Made by a program: the position numbers and the translations under genes. From an uncultured virus (IMG/VR IMGVR_UViG_3300027704_000010) (Duplodnaviria > Heunggongvirae > Uroviricota > Caudoviricetes), in IMG/VR virus record IMGVR_UViG_3300027704_000010: DNA of 64,000 nucleotides; one strand, written 5' to 3'. Each line of letters starts with the position of its first letter. Within the stretch, counting starts at the first letter, position 1. Under the pieces are notes generated by a model, which did no database searches, was not told the DNA's origin, and worked only from the letters and a program-made list of their open reading frames with translations. Shown here in pieces: positions 9,760-20,168 of the stretch.

Positions 9760-10975
9760 GTTTATTGCCTGCTTTAATTTGTTGCATGTCTGACATAAAC
9801 TGCATTGTGTCACTCTGCTCAAAAAATGGTTTAAGGTGTTCCCATAACTCTGGGAATGTTTCTGCTATACTCTCATCTCTGTACTTGTCACTGAATGCTG
9901 TCTGTCTTACAAACTCGTCCATGTGTCCTAAGTAGTGCTCTTGGTTCATATACGATAACGTTGTTTGTATTCTAGGATCATTATGTCCAGCAAACTTCTC
10001 TGTTATTGCTCTCTTAACAGACTTAGGTAATGCTTTAGGACTTACATGCTTAGGCTCGTATACCATATTAAAATGTATGTTACAGTCTATGTCGTTCTCT
10101 AGTTGCCATGTGAGTATCTCATCCATGTACATAACATTAAACAACCCTACTGTATAAAAAATATTTAACTCTAAGAAGTCGTGTTGATTAAACTTGTGGA
10201 AGTTATCTACAACTTCATCAAACTGTTGTGGGTGACGTATGTATTCAAACTGTTTGCCTACACCATCAATACTAAAAAATATTTGTACTCGTTTAAACTC
10301 TTTCCAAAGTTCAATAGCATGTGCCGGATATATAGATCCGTTAGTGTTATAACTAATACTTATATCCTTAGCTCTGCCTTTATCAACTAACGATTGTAAT
10401 ATTTCAAAATGTCTTTTAATAAGGAAAGGTTCTCCACCAAAGAACTCCAAGCTCTCCACTTCCTCAATCTGAGATTCTAAGTCGTCCCAGAACGCTTCGT
10501 TCATCTCGGGCCACCGTCCTTGCTTCGCCATCATCTGTGCAAACAAGTTAGTCGAGTTGTCTCGTTCTATTTCTTCTGGTACCCATTGGCTACTTGCAAA
10601 ACTTGTACATATTCTACACTTGGTGTTACATATATTGCCTAGTTTCAAATCCATGCTCTTTGGTTTTAGATGATCCAAGTCTTCTATGTGATGTGAAAAC
10701 TTTATAAGTTCTCTTAAACGTTTACTTTCTATTCCAGCATCTTCTTCGTTCCAGCAATTGAAACATGCTTTAGGTTTTTCTCCTGCTAGGAAGTCTGTCT
10801 TTAAGTCTGCTAGCCATTCGCTATCCCATGCTTGTTTTAATGTGCCACCGTCTGCTAAGTCGATACCAGGAACAGTTTCCTGCATAACACAACAAACAGC
10901 AACCGAGCCATCTGTTCGTGCTTCCTGATTAACCCATGGGAGTATACAAAAATGTTCTGGTGTAGCAGTTGACAT
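9746..10975 (-). CDS. radical SAM protein with N-terminal SPASM/Twitch-like domain (rSAM-2)
   Basis: CNTKCRIC and FFGGEP. N-terminal FCILPW...VCC...CFNC. Confidence 0.92.
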   Translation of the reverse strand: MSTATPEHFCILPWVNQEARTDGSVAVCCVMQETVPGIDLADGGTLKQAWDSEWLADLKTDFLAGEKPKACFNCWNEEDAGIESKRLRELIKFSHHIEDLDHLKPKSMDLKLGNICNTKCRICTSFASSQWVPEEIERDNSTNLFAQMMAKQGRWPEMNEAFWDDLESQIEEVESLEFFGGEPFLIKRHFEILQSLVDKGRAKDISISYNTNGSIYPAHAIELWKEFKRVQIFFSIDGVGKQFEYIRHPQQFDEVVDNFHKFNQHDFLELNIFYTVGLFNVMYMDEILTWQLENDIDCNIHFNMVYEPKHVSPKALPKSVKRAITEKFAGHNDPRIQTTLSYMNQEHYLGHMDEFVRQTAFSDKYRDESIAETFPELWEHLKPFFEQSDTMQFMSDMQQIKAGNKHDGL

Positions 10976-10978
10976 TAC

Positions 10979-11140
10979 TTAATCCTTGTTCCCATAGATG
11001 ATATCTACTAACGAGTCTTCGTCATTGTCATCCGGTGTAAAATTATCGTCGGGTGCAATCTCGGCATCAGCATTTGCAAATCGTCTGCGTTGTATGGCGT
11101 CCCAATTAATATCTAGCGCCTGTTTTTCTTTATCAGTCAT
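10979..11140 (-). CDS. small acidic peptide (53 aa)
   Basis: MTDKEKQALDINWDAIQRRRF...DDNDEDSLVDIIYGNKD*. Upstream GGAG; fills the gap between two rSAM genes. Confidence 0.6.
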   Translation of the reverse strand: MTDKEKQALDINWDAIQRRRFANADAEIAPDDNFTPDDNDEDSLVDIIYGNKD

Positions 11141-12485
11141 CTTCTCTCCATTGTGGATTTCTTTCAGCATCTCTTTCTACTCTACTCTTTGATAAGTCTA
11201 CAGCATCATACTGTTCTCTATAAAGTTCAAACTCTGGATGCACATCAAAGAAATCTTCTTTTCTAAACCTGTCCATTTCTTTTACACTTTCTAAAAACTC
11301 TACAGTTAAGTGTGTATCGTCTCCATCTAGGAAACTTCTGAATGCTTTAAATGTACTTGTTGTTCTGCCTAACTTGTCCAAATCTCCTATCTCTTCTAGC
11401 AACACATCAATCTTATGTTGGGCTTCTTCTCTTAAATGCTTAGGCATCACAGTTGCTCTTTGGAATTCTTGTCCTAGTAAAATATTTACAGCGAATCCTT
11501 CTATCTCTATAAATTTCGTATCAACAAGTTCTCTATAGAAGTCTGTGATATTTAATGCATTGAATATACTTACTGTACAACTAACGTGGAAGTCTCGTAT
11601 CTCAGGTGCTTCGTCATGTAGTCGCTGTCTGTTTGCAACTAAGTCTTTCCATATAGTTCCTTTACGCAGATACTCTCCACGTTTACCACTAGCATCTATA
11701 CTAGCACCGATGCCAACAGACTCAAACTTCTTCCAAAGCTCAATAACATCTTGTCCCTTGTATGTGAGCTTACTAAAGTTTGTGTTATAGTAAATTCTCA
11801 TAGGGGTATTTTCTTTTGTTCTTCCCATGTCAACTAACTTATTCATTATGTACCAATGCTCATCCATTATCAACGGCTCGCCACCTGCCCAGTATATTTT
11901 CTCTACTGTGTCTAGGTACGGATCGAATGTTTCTAGGAAGTCTGTTGATCCTTTTTTGATTTGGTGTAAAGCCTTCTCGGGTGTTTTATTAAACTGACTG
12001 TCTACTGCATCGTTGAACCACTGACTACTTAAATCTGGTCCACAGGATCTACATCTCATGTTACAGATATTACTAAAGCGAATATCCATGTATGTCATGT
12101 TAACACCGTCGACGGTACCGTCTTCATGTGTAGCCTTTACTGCTTCGAACTGGGCAGTACCATGCTCGTTATTCTCCAGCATAATGTACTCGCCATTGCT
12201 TCGCTGTCTTAAAGTTTGATGTCCGTGTGACTCTTGTTCGTAACATCTATTACAGTTAGAAAGTTTTTTATGGTTAAGCATGTCTAGCCTAAACTTCTTC
12301 AGCTCATCACCGTTCCACACTTCTTCTAGAGTTTGTTCATTTAAGTTGCCAACAGGAGAATGCAGTTCACTTAAACAGCAAGTAAACACTCTACCATCGG
12401 GCCAAGGGTGCATGTGTATCCACGGTATCACGCAGAATGCTTCGCTTTCCATTAGTTCTTTTTTTGATAGATCTTTAAAACTCAT
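11133..12485 (-). CDS. radical SAM protein with N-terminal SPASM/Twitch-like domain (rSAM-3)
   Basis: CNMRCRSC and WAGGEP. N-terminal FCVIPW...TCC...CNRC. Start at MSFKDL overlaps the desaturase stop. Confidence 0.92.
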   Translation of the reverse strand: MSFKDLSKKELMESEAFCVIPWIHMHPWPDGRVFTCCLSELHSPVGNLNEQTLEEVWNGDELKKFRLDMLNHKKLSNCNRCYEQESHGHQTLRQRSNGEYIMLENNEHGTAQFEAVKATHEDGTVDGVNMTYMDIRFSNICNMRCRSCGPDLSSQWFNDAVDSQFNKTPEKALHQIKKGSTDFLETFDPYLDTVEKIYWAGGEPLIMDEHWYIMNKLVDMGRTKENTPMRIYYNTNFSKLTYKGQDVIELWKKFESVGIGASIDASGKRGEYLRKGTIWKDLVANRQRLHDEAPEIRDFHVSCTVSIFNALNITDFYRELVDTKFIEIEGFAVNILLGQEFQRATVMPKHLREEAQHKIDVLLEEIGDLDKLGRTTSTFKAFRSFLDGDDTHLTVEFLESVKEMDRFRKEDFFDVHPEFELYREQYDAVDLSKSRVERDAERNPQWREDD

Positions 12486-13258
12486 TTGCTTATTACCTTT
12501 ATTATCAATCCGTTTAAATCCCACTCCCACCATTTGTTTCCTTGGTATGCTAGACTAGGATCATTGTGATGATTATTATGCCAACCCTCACCGAACGTTA
12601 TTATATTTACCAGCCAATGGTTAGTACTCTTGTCGTTAGTGTCATATGTTCTGTAACCCATCCATGTAAGCCCTTTACCATGACCCCATGTATTAAACGC
12701 ACCGGTGGCCCAAACACATAAACTTACAGGAGCCAAGTACGCATACAGCACTAGCAATGGATCTATTAATGCTAAAACTACAATGTATACTAGTATGTAT
12801 CCAAAAAAGTAGTTATGCGAGTGTAATACTGCGTTGTTCTTTAGCCAATCTTTAGCAAGTCGTATGTTATATTTTTCATCCTTTAACCCTAATGTCCAGC
12901 TCTTCCACAAGCTCATGTGGTGCGGACTATGAGGATCACTGTCGCTATCAGATGCTTTGTGGTGTTCTCTATGCTTAACTATGTAACCAAACACACTACT
13001 TAAACTTGCTAAGGTGCCTGTTACGTTAAGTACATTTTCCCAAAACTTGTTAGTCTTGAAACTCCTATGTGCAAAGTATCTGTGTTGCCCAACGAATATT
13101 CCTATGCTACTAAACCAAAAGTAAACAATAGCAGTTACCCACAACAGTTCACTAGGACCTATAAGCAGTACTGCTAGTAGTCCGGCATGAGCCAGCCATC
13201 TAAGACTGTCTCCTTTAGTTTTAGTATACGCTAGTATGTTCACTTTGCTCCACTGCAT
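12482..13258 (-). CDS. membrane fatty-acid (delta-9/DesC-like) desaturase
   Basis: Three His boxes HRYFAH, HREHH and GEGWHNNHH, plus DPHSP, hydrophobic segments and WWEWD. Confidence 0.92.
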   Translation of the reverse strand: MQWSKVNILAYTKTKGDSLRWLAHAGLLAVLLIGPSELLWVTAIVYFWFSSIGIFVGQHRYFAHRSFKTNKFWENVLNVTGTLASLSSVFGYIVKHREHHKASDSDSDPHSPHHMSLWKSWTLGLKDEKYNIRLAKDWLKNNAVLHSHNYFFGYILVYIVVLALIDPLLVLYAYLAPVSLCVWATGAFNTWGHGKGLTWMGYRTYDTNDKSTNHWLVNIITFGEGWHNNHHNDPSLAYQGNKWWEWDLNGLIIKVISK

Positions 13259-14465
13259 CTACTAACTTAGTAAATGTATTTCTCCATTCGCTGTTATCGT
13301 TGTTGTCTAGTAAATCGTTAAAGCGACAAAACTGTTCCCACTTTAATTCATTCCACTCATCGTTATTAAACATGCTAAGTAAAGTGCCTAATTTATGATC
13401 ATTGCCCAACGCTTGTCTAAATTCTGTATGTATCAACTCTCTTGCCTTAACAGGTATAACTGCAGGACTTAGGTAATCAGGATCATACACGAAGTTCATA
13501 TCAACTTCTATCCCAATGCTATCGGCCCATTTAAAAAATTCAGGCAATGTAGCATAATTGTAAGCACTCACTGTTTGTGTAATTCTTAATGTTAATGTAT
13601 CTTGTAATGGTAATAATGTATTAATAGTTTTTAATACGGCTTCCCATTTTGTATTAGTTCTTATAAAAGCATTCCTATCTTCTAAGTCATCAATACTTAA
13701 ACATATTCTTGCTTCTTTAAAGTGGGGCCATAGTTCTAATGCAATTGGAGGTAGCATAGTACAGTTAATGTTATACCACAGTATAATATCTTTTGCTCTG
13801 CCACTAGCTACTAATTTCTTTAAGTAAGTCCAATGCTGTTTAATCAATGTAGGCTCTCCACCATTGATATAAATTACTTCTAAGTTTGGAGCGGAGTTAT
13901 ATAGGTCGTCATAAAAATTATCATCCTCTGCCCATTTAAAATCTTCAGGAAAGTTAAGTCCTAAGTAACCTTTATTTACGAAGTCAGCTTTCTCCACAAT
14001 GTCTTTATAGTCTTCAAGCCACTTTGAACTACTTGCCGGATTACATGTACGGCACCGAACGTTACATACATTGCCAAGACGAAGCTCGACAAAGCGGAGA
14101 TCCATATCAATATCGCCACCTTCCCTAGTAACCCCACTCGCCCAATCAAGGGTGTTCTGTGGAAAAACAGATTGTTCATGTATTCGTTTGGACTTGATTC
14201 CGTTATCTTCTTCATTGTAACACCTCATGCAAGCCTTTGGCTTTTCATCGTTGAGCATCTGTAGGCGAACTTCTTTATAGTAGTCGCTGTTCATCTGCTC
14301 TTCGATATTGTTTTTGTTTAAGTCTAGGAACTCATCGTAATCATCCTTATAATTTCTAGCTCTGTTTTTGCCATCAGTGTGGTCACTGATGCAACACAAT
14401 GTGATACCACCGTGAGGATGGGTGGCTAAGTGTTGCCAAGGTAGAGGACAATATGTAGAACTCAA
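13221..14465 (-). CDS. radical SAM protein with N-terminal SPASM/Twitch-like domain (rSAM-4)
   Basis: CNVRCRTC and INGGEP. N-terminal YCPLPW...LCC...CMRC. Confidence 0.92.
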   Translation of the reverse strand: MSSTYCPLPWQHLATHPHGGITLCCISDHTDGKNRARNYKDDYDEFLDLNKNNIEEQMNSDYYKEVRLQMLNDEKPKACMRCYNEEDNGIKSKRIHEQSVFPQNTLDWASGVTREGGDIDMDLRFVELRLGNVCNVRCRTCNPASSSKWLEDYKDIVEKADFVNKGYLGLNFPEDFKWAEDDNFYDDLYNSAPNLEVIYINGGEPTLIKQHWTYLKKLVASGRAKDIILWYNINCTMLPPIALELWPHFKEARICLSIDDLEDRNAFIRTNTKWEAVLKTINTLLPLQDTLTLRITQTVSAYNYATLPEFFKWADSIGIEVDMNFVYDPDYLSPAVIPVKARELIHTEFRQALGNDHKLGTLLSMFNNDEWNELKWEQFCRFNDLLDNNDNSEWRNTFTKLVDAVEQSEHTSVY

Positions 14466-15826
14466 TTTATCAACTCCCTGGTGCTATGCTGTTTGTAACC
14501 ATTTGTCAACACTTCCTCATATTCTTTCGTGTAATCGAAGTCTTGTTTTATCAACTCGTGTAACTCGGGAAAGACTTCTGTAAAGTTCTCTTCTCGATAA
14601 TGGTCTCCTCCTGCTATTTGTGATTTAAATATTTTCCATTTGTTTTCTATACTTCGTTGGTCAAACATTAATAGTTTATCCTCGGAAACTTTTGCTCGTA
14701 GTTTTTCATCTACGCTGGCACCATTCTCATATAACGGTGAGTTAAAGTATTTTAGTAATGCTACTACTTCACTCTCATAGTCACCTGACCATGTGTGCTC
14801 TTGTAATTGTTGTGTGATTATTTTCTTAGCAAACGCTGGTAGTACATTACATGTAAGCCACTTAGGATAATGTGCAATGTTATTCCATATTTTAAATGTA
14901 GGATAGTGTTTGTGGAAGTAATCGTGGAACTCAGGCAAGTACATTATATTTAATGCTGTAACAGTATGTGTTATTTGCATGTGTACTGGATAGTCGCCTG
15001 TGTGTAGTTCGTAAAAATAATCTAAGTTCTGTTTGACCTCGTCCCACTTACCAGGGTGCCTTAAGAATTCAAATCTGTCTCCGATGCCGTCTATACTAAT
15101 ACTAAACGATAACTCTTTAAAGTTACTTGCCATACGTTGCAAGAACACAGGGTCTGCTATTGTGCCGTTAGTACTTAACGTCATGCTAATGTTTTGTGAA
15201 TAGTTCTCATTAATAAGTTTGTCAACAAACTTCTTGAACTCTTTCATATAGAAAGGTTCGCCACCCATAATCTCTAATCGTCTTATGCCAGGTAGCCACT
15301 CATCCATTGTAGTCCAAAACTTACTGTTCTCCATATCGTTCATGGGAACCTTCGCACTAGTTTCCCAATACGGTATGTGTCTCTCTTTAGCTTCTGCTAA
15401 CCACTTACTACTGTAGTTTGCATTACAACTTCTACATGCTAAGTTACAAGTGTTATCAAATATTAATTGCATGTCCATTACTGCTGTAGGTTTAGCAGTC
15501 CATTCGAATGTTTCCATCCAGTTAGGGCCATACCAGTTATCGTAGTAGTCATTGTATTGTTGGCGTTTACTGTATTTGCCATTGTCTTCATCGATCCAGC
15601 ATGTTTCACAGTTAGCTGGCTTACCGCCATCGAGGATCTCATTTCTTATACGTTGATGGTTATCACTAGTAAATATATCTTGTACAGCATCATCGCCTAA
15701 GGTGTAGCTTGTACCATGGTGGTCCTGTAGTCTATCTTTTGCGATACAACATGTGCGGATACTTCCACCTGGCTCGTTGCTCAAGTGTGTCCATAGTAAT
15801 GCACAATATTTTTTATCTTCGCTCAT
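14462..15826 (-). CDS. radical SAM protein with N-terminal SPASM/Twitch-like domain (rSAM-5)
   Basis: CNLACRSC and IMGGEP. N-terminal YCALLW...TCC...CETC. Confidence 0.92.
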   Translation of the reverse strand: MSEDKKYCALLWTHLSNEPGGSIRTCCIAKDRLQDHHGTSYTLGDDAVQDIFTSDNHQRIRNEILDGGKPANCETCWIDEDNGKYSKRQQYNDYYDNWYGPNWMETFEWTAKPTAVMDMQLIFDNTCNLACRSCNANYSSKWLAEAKERHIPYWETSAKVPMNDMENSKFWTTMDEWLPGIRRLEIMGGEPFYMKEFKKFVDKLINENYSQNISMTLSTNGTIADPVFLQRMASNFKELSFSISIDGIGDRFEFLRHPGKWDEVKQNLDYFYELHTGDYPVHMQITHTVTALNIMYLPEFHDYFHKHYPTFKIWNNIAHYPKWLTCNVLPAFAKKIITQQLQEHTWSGDYESEVVALLKYFNSPLYENGASVDEKLRAKVSEDKLLMFDQRSIENKWKIFKSQIAGGDHYREENFTEVFPELHELIKQDFDYTKEYEEVLTNGYKQHSTRELIN

Positions 15827-16700
15827 ACTGGTCCTGTATTAATTTGCTGATACATAGTCTAGTAGTATCATTGCCTCTGTTGTAGTCACTATACTTATCG
15901 TCATTGCTCGTAGCAAACAATATGCAGTTAGTGGCATCAACACCAAGGTCCTTGCACACTTGTTGCTGTACGGCCCTGTACTTTGTTACTATGAAGTCTG
16001 CAGAGTATTGCTCTATGCAATGCAGTCCTACTAATGCTCCAAAGTTATTTACAATGCCATGCTGGTTAGCAAATGTTACAGCATCGTCTACTTCTGTTCT
16101 TTGGTATCTTACTCCGCACCTACTACCTATAATAGGAAACGTTTTCCCTAAACTGAATGTTACTTCTTCTATACACTTATAATTTAAATCAATTTCCATA
16201 CCGTAGCACATACCAAAGTATGCACAATCAATTAGTACTGGAACATTTAATGCTGAACATTTCTCTAGTAACTTAATGTGCTGTGGGTGTGCTGTACCAA
16301 AGTCACTAAACGGTATGCTTATAATAACAGCATCGCCTACAGTAATTTCATTTGCATCATATATCCACTTCCAATTGTTACCCATAACATTGCTGGCAAC
16401 CTTATGCATCATGAAGTCACCTTTTAAGAATCTAAAGTTCTTATCATGGTGTCTCATCATAAACATTTGGAATGCTTCACTAGTACCATGTGTCATAGTA
16501 CCATGCTGAAAGTTTTCTAAACCAGTGAGTGTATTTTCTGTACTGGACCAAATCCAGTTTCGCATTTTATCTACGAACTGTTTCTCTAATCCAGTTACAC
16601 CGTCAGCAACAAAAAAGTTATTCCATACTTCTGGTTGAGTAACATACTGTTGTAAACTAGCAGTTATTTCTATGTCTTGTATAGCGTAAGCACCCTTCAT
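15813..16700 (-). CDS. PLP-dependent fold-type-I (aminotransferase class I/II-like) protein
   Basis: GTSEAF, VLIDCAY (PLP-binding Asp), FSLGKTF (Schiff-base Lys), RCG and C-terminal RLC. Confidence 0.65.
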   Translation of the reverse strand: MKGAYAIQDIEITASLQQYVTQPEVWNNFFVADGVTGLEKQFVDKMRNWIWSSTENTLTGLENFQHGTMTHGTSEAFQMFMMRHHDKNFRFLKGDFMMHKVASNVMGNNWKWIYDANEITVGDAVIISIPFSDFGTAHPQHIKLLEKCSALNVPVLIDCAYFGMCYGMEIDLNYKCIEEVTFSLGKTFPIIGSRCGVRYQRTEVDDAVTFANQHGIVNNFGALVGLHCIEQYSADFIVTKYRAVQQQVCKDLGVDATNCILFATSNDDKYSDYNRGNDTTRLCISKLIQDQYERR

Positions 16701-17485
16701 TCGTCACCGTCCAATTTGCCATGCCCGTATTCATTTTCTAAATGGTATGGCTGATCAGCATCTTTATCATACCAGTATAAACTTTTGTGTGGAGGATCTC
16801 TCCAATCATGTTTACTATCTGCTATGTAGTAAAATAATCTAAAGCCTACTCTAAACTTGTCATCGGGACAAGCAATTGGATTAGGATGTCCATGGAAGCC
16901 ACGTTTGTGATATTTCCAAATGACAACGTTACCCATCTCTGGTAGATAACTTACTACCTTGCCTTGCTTATCGAAATCCCAAAACTGTAAGTCGCCGTTC
17001 CATTCTTCTTCCCACTCAGGAGTAAAATATAATATTAAACTTAATGCTCTGTGTGTTTGACATTCTTCATTCCAGTTAAAGTCGGAATGTATTTTAAGAC
17101 TATCTCCCTTATAACTTTTCATATACCCTGCACCAACTAAATACGGATCGGGTAGTAGGTGAGGAACGTCACATACTTTTCGTAGCCATTCTAAAAACTC
17201 TGGACTATGTAAAGCACTAACAAGTTGTCTAGCCACCGGTGCATGTTTTAAATTCTTACACTCTTCCATATAGCTATCGGCTCGGGTAAACGTAGTCCAA
17301 TACTTTTCAGGTATCGTAATACTCTCTTCATACAATGCGTTTGGGAGACCGTCAGGAATAAAATCTTTTAAATGCAAAGTAGGATAAGGAGGCGTATAAC
17401 GATATTGTTCGTTAAGATTACGCATTTCCTTTTCGCTACCCCACTTGTCGTGTATGTAGTTTATTATCTTCTGGTCCCAGTTCAT
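16697..17485 (-). CDS. 2OG-Fe(II) oxygenase
   Basis: LKIHSD (HxD), W..EWNGDL, GFHG (distal His) and the 2OG-binding Arg in RVGFRLFYY. Confidence 0.88.
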   Translation of the reverse strand: MNWDQKIINYIHDKWGSEKEMRNLNEQYRYTPPYPTLHLKDFIPDGLPNALYEESITIPEKYWTTFTRADSYMEECKNLKHAPVARQLVSALHSPEFLEWLRKVCDVPHLLPDPYLVGAGYMKSYKGDSLKIHSDFNWNEECQTHRALSLILYFTPEWEEEWNGDLQFWDFDKQGKVVSYLPEMGNVVIWKYHKRGFHGHPNPIACPDDKFRVGFRLFYYIADSKHDWRDPPHKSLYWYDKDADQPYHLENEYGHGKLDGDE

Positions 17486-18777
17486 TATTTCTTTACCCTA
17501 GTGTTACCATAGTGAACAACTTCAACGCCCTCTATGTCTGGAGTTTTTCTCCACGGATCAACAACTATACTACCTAGTGCAAAACTAAGTTCAGTGCCAT
17601 TACCCGTTCTAACACTTAATGCTTCATCGCATGATGAAGGAGAGTGCTGTTCGTACCACCCTGGTACTGTATCTAATTGTTCGCCGTATGTAACTTGTGG
17701 ATTATGTGCTAGTAAATATACTGCTGGATTGTTTAATACATACTCCGGTGGCATGTCACCAGTTTGTTCGTCATAGTAATACAATGGATGCCCTTGGGCA
17801 AGAACATAGTGACCTACCAGCATACTACTAGAACCACTTTCATATGGCACTAATGGTTTGTATGCTTTACCTACAATAACTATAGGTATGTCATTTGCTA
17901 AGTCTAGCAATCTCTTTGCCATGTTCTCTGCCTGCTTTTCTCTCGAAAGCATTACAGCATCAAACAAGTCGTAGCCTAAGTCTAGTTCTTCTGCCATCCA
18001 ACGTAGTGCGATATTATCTCTTGGGTGACAAGCACCACCATCGCCCATGCCTGGCTTCATGTACCCAGGTCCCATAATACGCCTTCCAGAATTTGCCAAA
18101 GCATCACACACAACTTCTGCGTTAATGTTGCCTGACGCTTCTGCTACGTCTTGTATCATGTTAACTAAACTAACTTTTGCTGATATAAATGTATTGTAAA
18201 ATACTTTAATGCATTCACATTCATCCCATGTACCTATAACATACTTGGGATCGTTCTGCATTATTGTTTTATAAAAGTCTACAAGTTCCTTTGCGTCACC
18301 TGTTTCATTTCCATCTTCTGTTCCAATCATTACCATTTCTGGATTAACCATATCCCACTTCACAGTACCCATAGCAATTAAGTATGGGTTGTATATAAAG
18401 CGAGTGTTGGGTAATAGTGGTACAAGTTCTTTTCGAACTGTGCCGGGTAAGACTGTGCTTATAAGAACAACCAGTTGTTCCTTTGTTGCGACAGCATTTA
18501 CTTGAGAAAGAACTTTCTTTACTATTGTGTAATCAAAGTCTTTGTTTGGTAAATGGCTGGTAGGTGCTTTGCCGTCATACTGTGGATCATGCGGAGTAGG
18601 TGCGGCTACAAAGATAATATCTTTGCCAACTACAGCTTCTTCCATCGTGTTAACCATTGCAAAGTTTTCAGGCTTTACATCGTTAATATCGTATCCAACA
18701 GTATAATGAACTTCAGCGACCATTTCGGCGCAGGCTTGCCCTAGCTTGCCTACCCCAATAAATCCGATTGAGGCCAT
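17485..18777 (-). CDS. UDP-glucose/GDP-mannose dehydrogenase family protein
   Basis: GVGKLG Rossmann motif, PTP, STVLPGT, K..YNTFISAKVSLVN, and catalytic GGACHPRD. SD AGGAG at 18785-18789. Confidence 0.92.
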   Translation of the reverse strand: MASIGFIGVGKLGQACAEMVAEVHYTVGYDINDVKPENFAMVNTMEEAVVGKDIIFVAAPTPHDPQYDGKAPTSHLPNKDFDYTIVKKVLSQVNAVATKEQLVVLISTVLPGTVRKELVPLLPNTRFIYNPYLIAMGTVKWDMVNPEMVMIGTEDGNETGDAKELVDFYKTIMQNDPKYVIGTWDECECIKVFYNTFISAKVSLVNMIQDVAEASGNINAEVVCDALANSGRRIMGPGYMKPGMGDGGACHPRDNIALRWMAEELDLGYDLFDAVMLSREKQAENMAKRLLDLANDIPIVIVGKAYKPLVPYESGSSSMLVGHYVLAQGHPLYYYDEQTGDMPPEYVLNNPAVYLLAHNPQVTYGEQLDTVPGWYEQHSPSSCDEALSVRTGNGTELSFALGSIVVDPWRKTPDIEGVEVVHYGNTRVKK

Positions 18778-18818
18778 TATCTATCTCCTAATTTTATTGT
18801 GTGTATCGTATACTGTAC

Positions 18819-18824
18819 TATTTA
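18819..18824 (-). promoter_or_regulatory. late-type promoter core (CATAAATA)
   Basis: Intergenic TAAATA upstream of the SD and ATG of the nucleotide-sugar dehydrogenase. Confidence 0.55.
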
Positions 18825-18836
18825 TGCAAATTTCTA

Positions 18837-20168
18837 TCAGCTATTATAGAATTCTTGCATTTGTTTATACCGGTCAGTATCTTCGACTACCCATAAATAA
18901 GGATCTGTGTTAACTAATTCAAGGAATCGTGCCTTGTTACGTTTTAATTTTGCTTGTACATCTACACTATGATATAGCTGATGTGTTTGTTCTATTGGTA
19001 TTTGGGCTAATGCAGTAATGTTTTCTTTTACCATTCTCATGCGTTCGCCTGGGTGAGCTGTACTATCATATGTTTCATCAAAGAACTCAGGGAATGTTTC
19101 AAAGCCTAAATCTTTAAATGCTTGGAGACACCCTGCATACCCAACAGATAATAACGGTAACTCGTAGTAAGCACTTTTTAAACTCTTCTCAGATACCCAG
19201 CCTGATAATGGCATAGTCATTGCCTCGAGTTCCCATTGGTCTATTGAAGTTTCAAATATAGTTGTGTTATTGTTTGGAGGGAATATTGAAAACCCAAACC
19301 TGAACTCTTGTGCCCAGTGTGTTTCTGTTGCTATGTAAGTATAGCAATTGTCTACTACATCAGTGTGTATAATATCTTGCCACTCACCAATAGTAGTCAT
19401 ATGATGGTCACCGTCTGCTAGAATACATAAGTCTAAATCATTTGGTCTAAGATAACTTAGATGTGTATGTGGCAGAAGTTCTTTGCGATATTTTATAAAT
19501 TTTACTATCTCAGTCCTATGTTCTTTCTCATAGTTATTTAAACATACGAATATTTTTTCTCTTCTAACTTCACCGCCAGGACTAACATACAGTTTTAGTT
19601 TTGCTTCAATATGTCTGCCTACAATTCTATTAGGATACACAGAGTAGTATTGGACATCTGCCGCCGGGAATAGTTTCTTATGTATTTTTACTTCAGTAGT
19701 ATTACCTAACCAGAAGTGCAATCGGTCACCGTAAATTTTCTTTAATTGTCGCTTGATTACTTTAGTTCGGTCATGAAGTAATTCCGGCATATCTGCAGAA
19801 CCCTGGGTTTCGAATACTCTGCTACTATACATATCCCAACCACTTGAAAACAATAAATGTATATTTTTATATTCCTCTATTGTTTCAACAACTTTCATTA
19901 ACAGCGGACCGTCGTCTAAGTACGAGTTTACACTTAATCCTAATTCTAGTATGTGTGTTATACCACCGTCACGTTTAGCACTAGCTATAACATCGTAAAT
20001 ATTATCGTAATGCACTACCAAAGGAGCTTGTCCAGGCTGTGTGCTTATAAGGTCAGGCATGCTATTAGACCTGCATGGTATGCCGAGTGGTCTGTCATTA
20101 GCAAACGTATCGAATGCATCTTCAGGAGAGAAGAGACATCGTACTATGCATAGCAATTTATTACTCAT
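18837..20168 (-). CDS. hypothetical protein, glycosyltransferase(GT-B)-like C-terminus; paralog of 20971-22212
   Basis: FVCLNN..K.HR...IATET...SEKSLK...P...G....KDLGFETF..FDETYD, shared with 20971-22212. Confidence 0.5.
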   Translation of the reverse strand: MSNKLLCIVRCLFSPEDAFDTFANDRPLGIPCRSNSMPDLISTQPGQAPLVVHYDNIYDVIASAKRDGGITHILELGLSVNSYLDDGPLLMKVVETIEEYKNIHLLFSSGWDMYSSRVFETQGSADMPELLHDRTKVIKRQLKKIYGDRLHFWLGNTTEVKIHKKLFPAADVQYYSVYPNRIVGRHIEAKLKLYVSPGGEVRREKIFVCLNNYEKEHRTEIVKFIKYRKELLPHTHLSYLRPNDLDLCILADGDHHMTTIGEWQDIIHTDVVDNCYTYIATETHWAQEFRFGFSIFPPNNNTTIFETSIDQWELEAMTMPLSGWVSEKSLKSAYYELPLLSVGYAGCLQAFKDLGFETFPEFFDETYDSTAHPGERMRMVKENITALAQIPIEQTHQLYHSVDVQAKLKRNKARFLELVNTDPYLWVVEDTDRYKQMQEFYNS

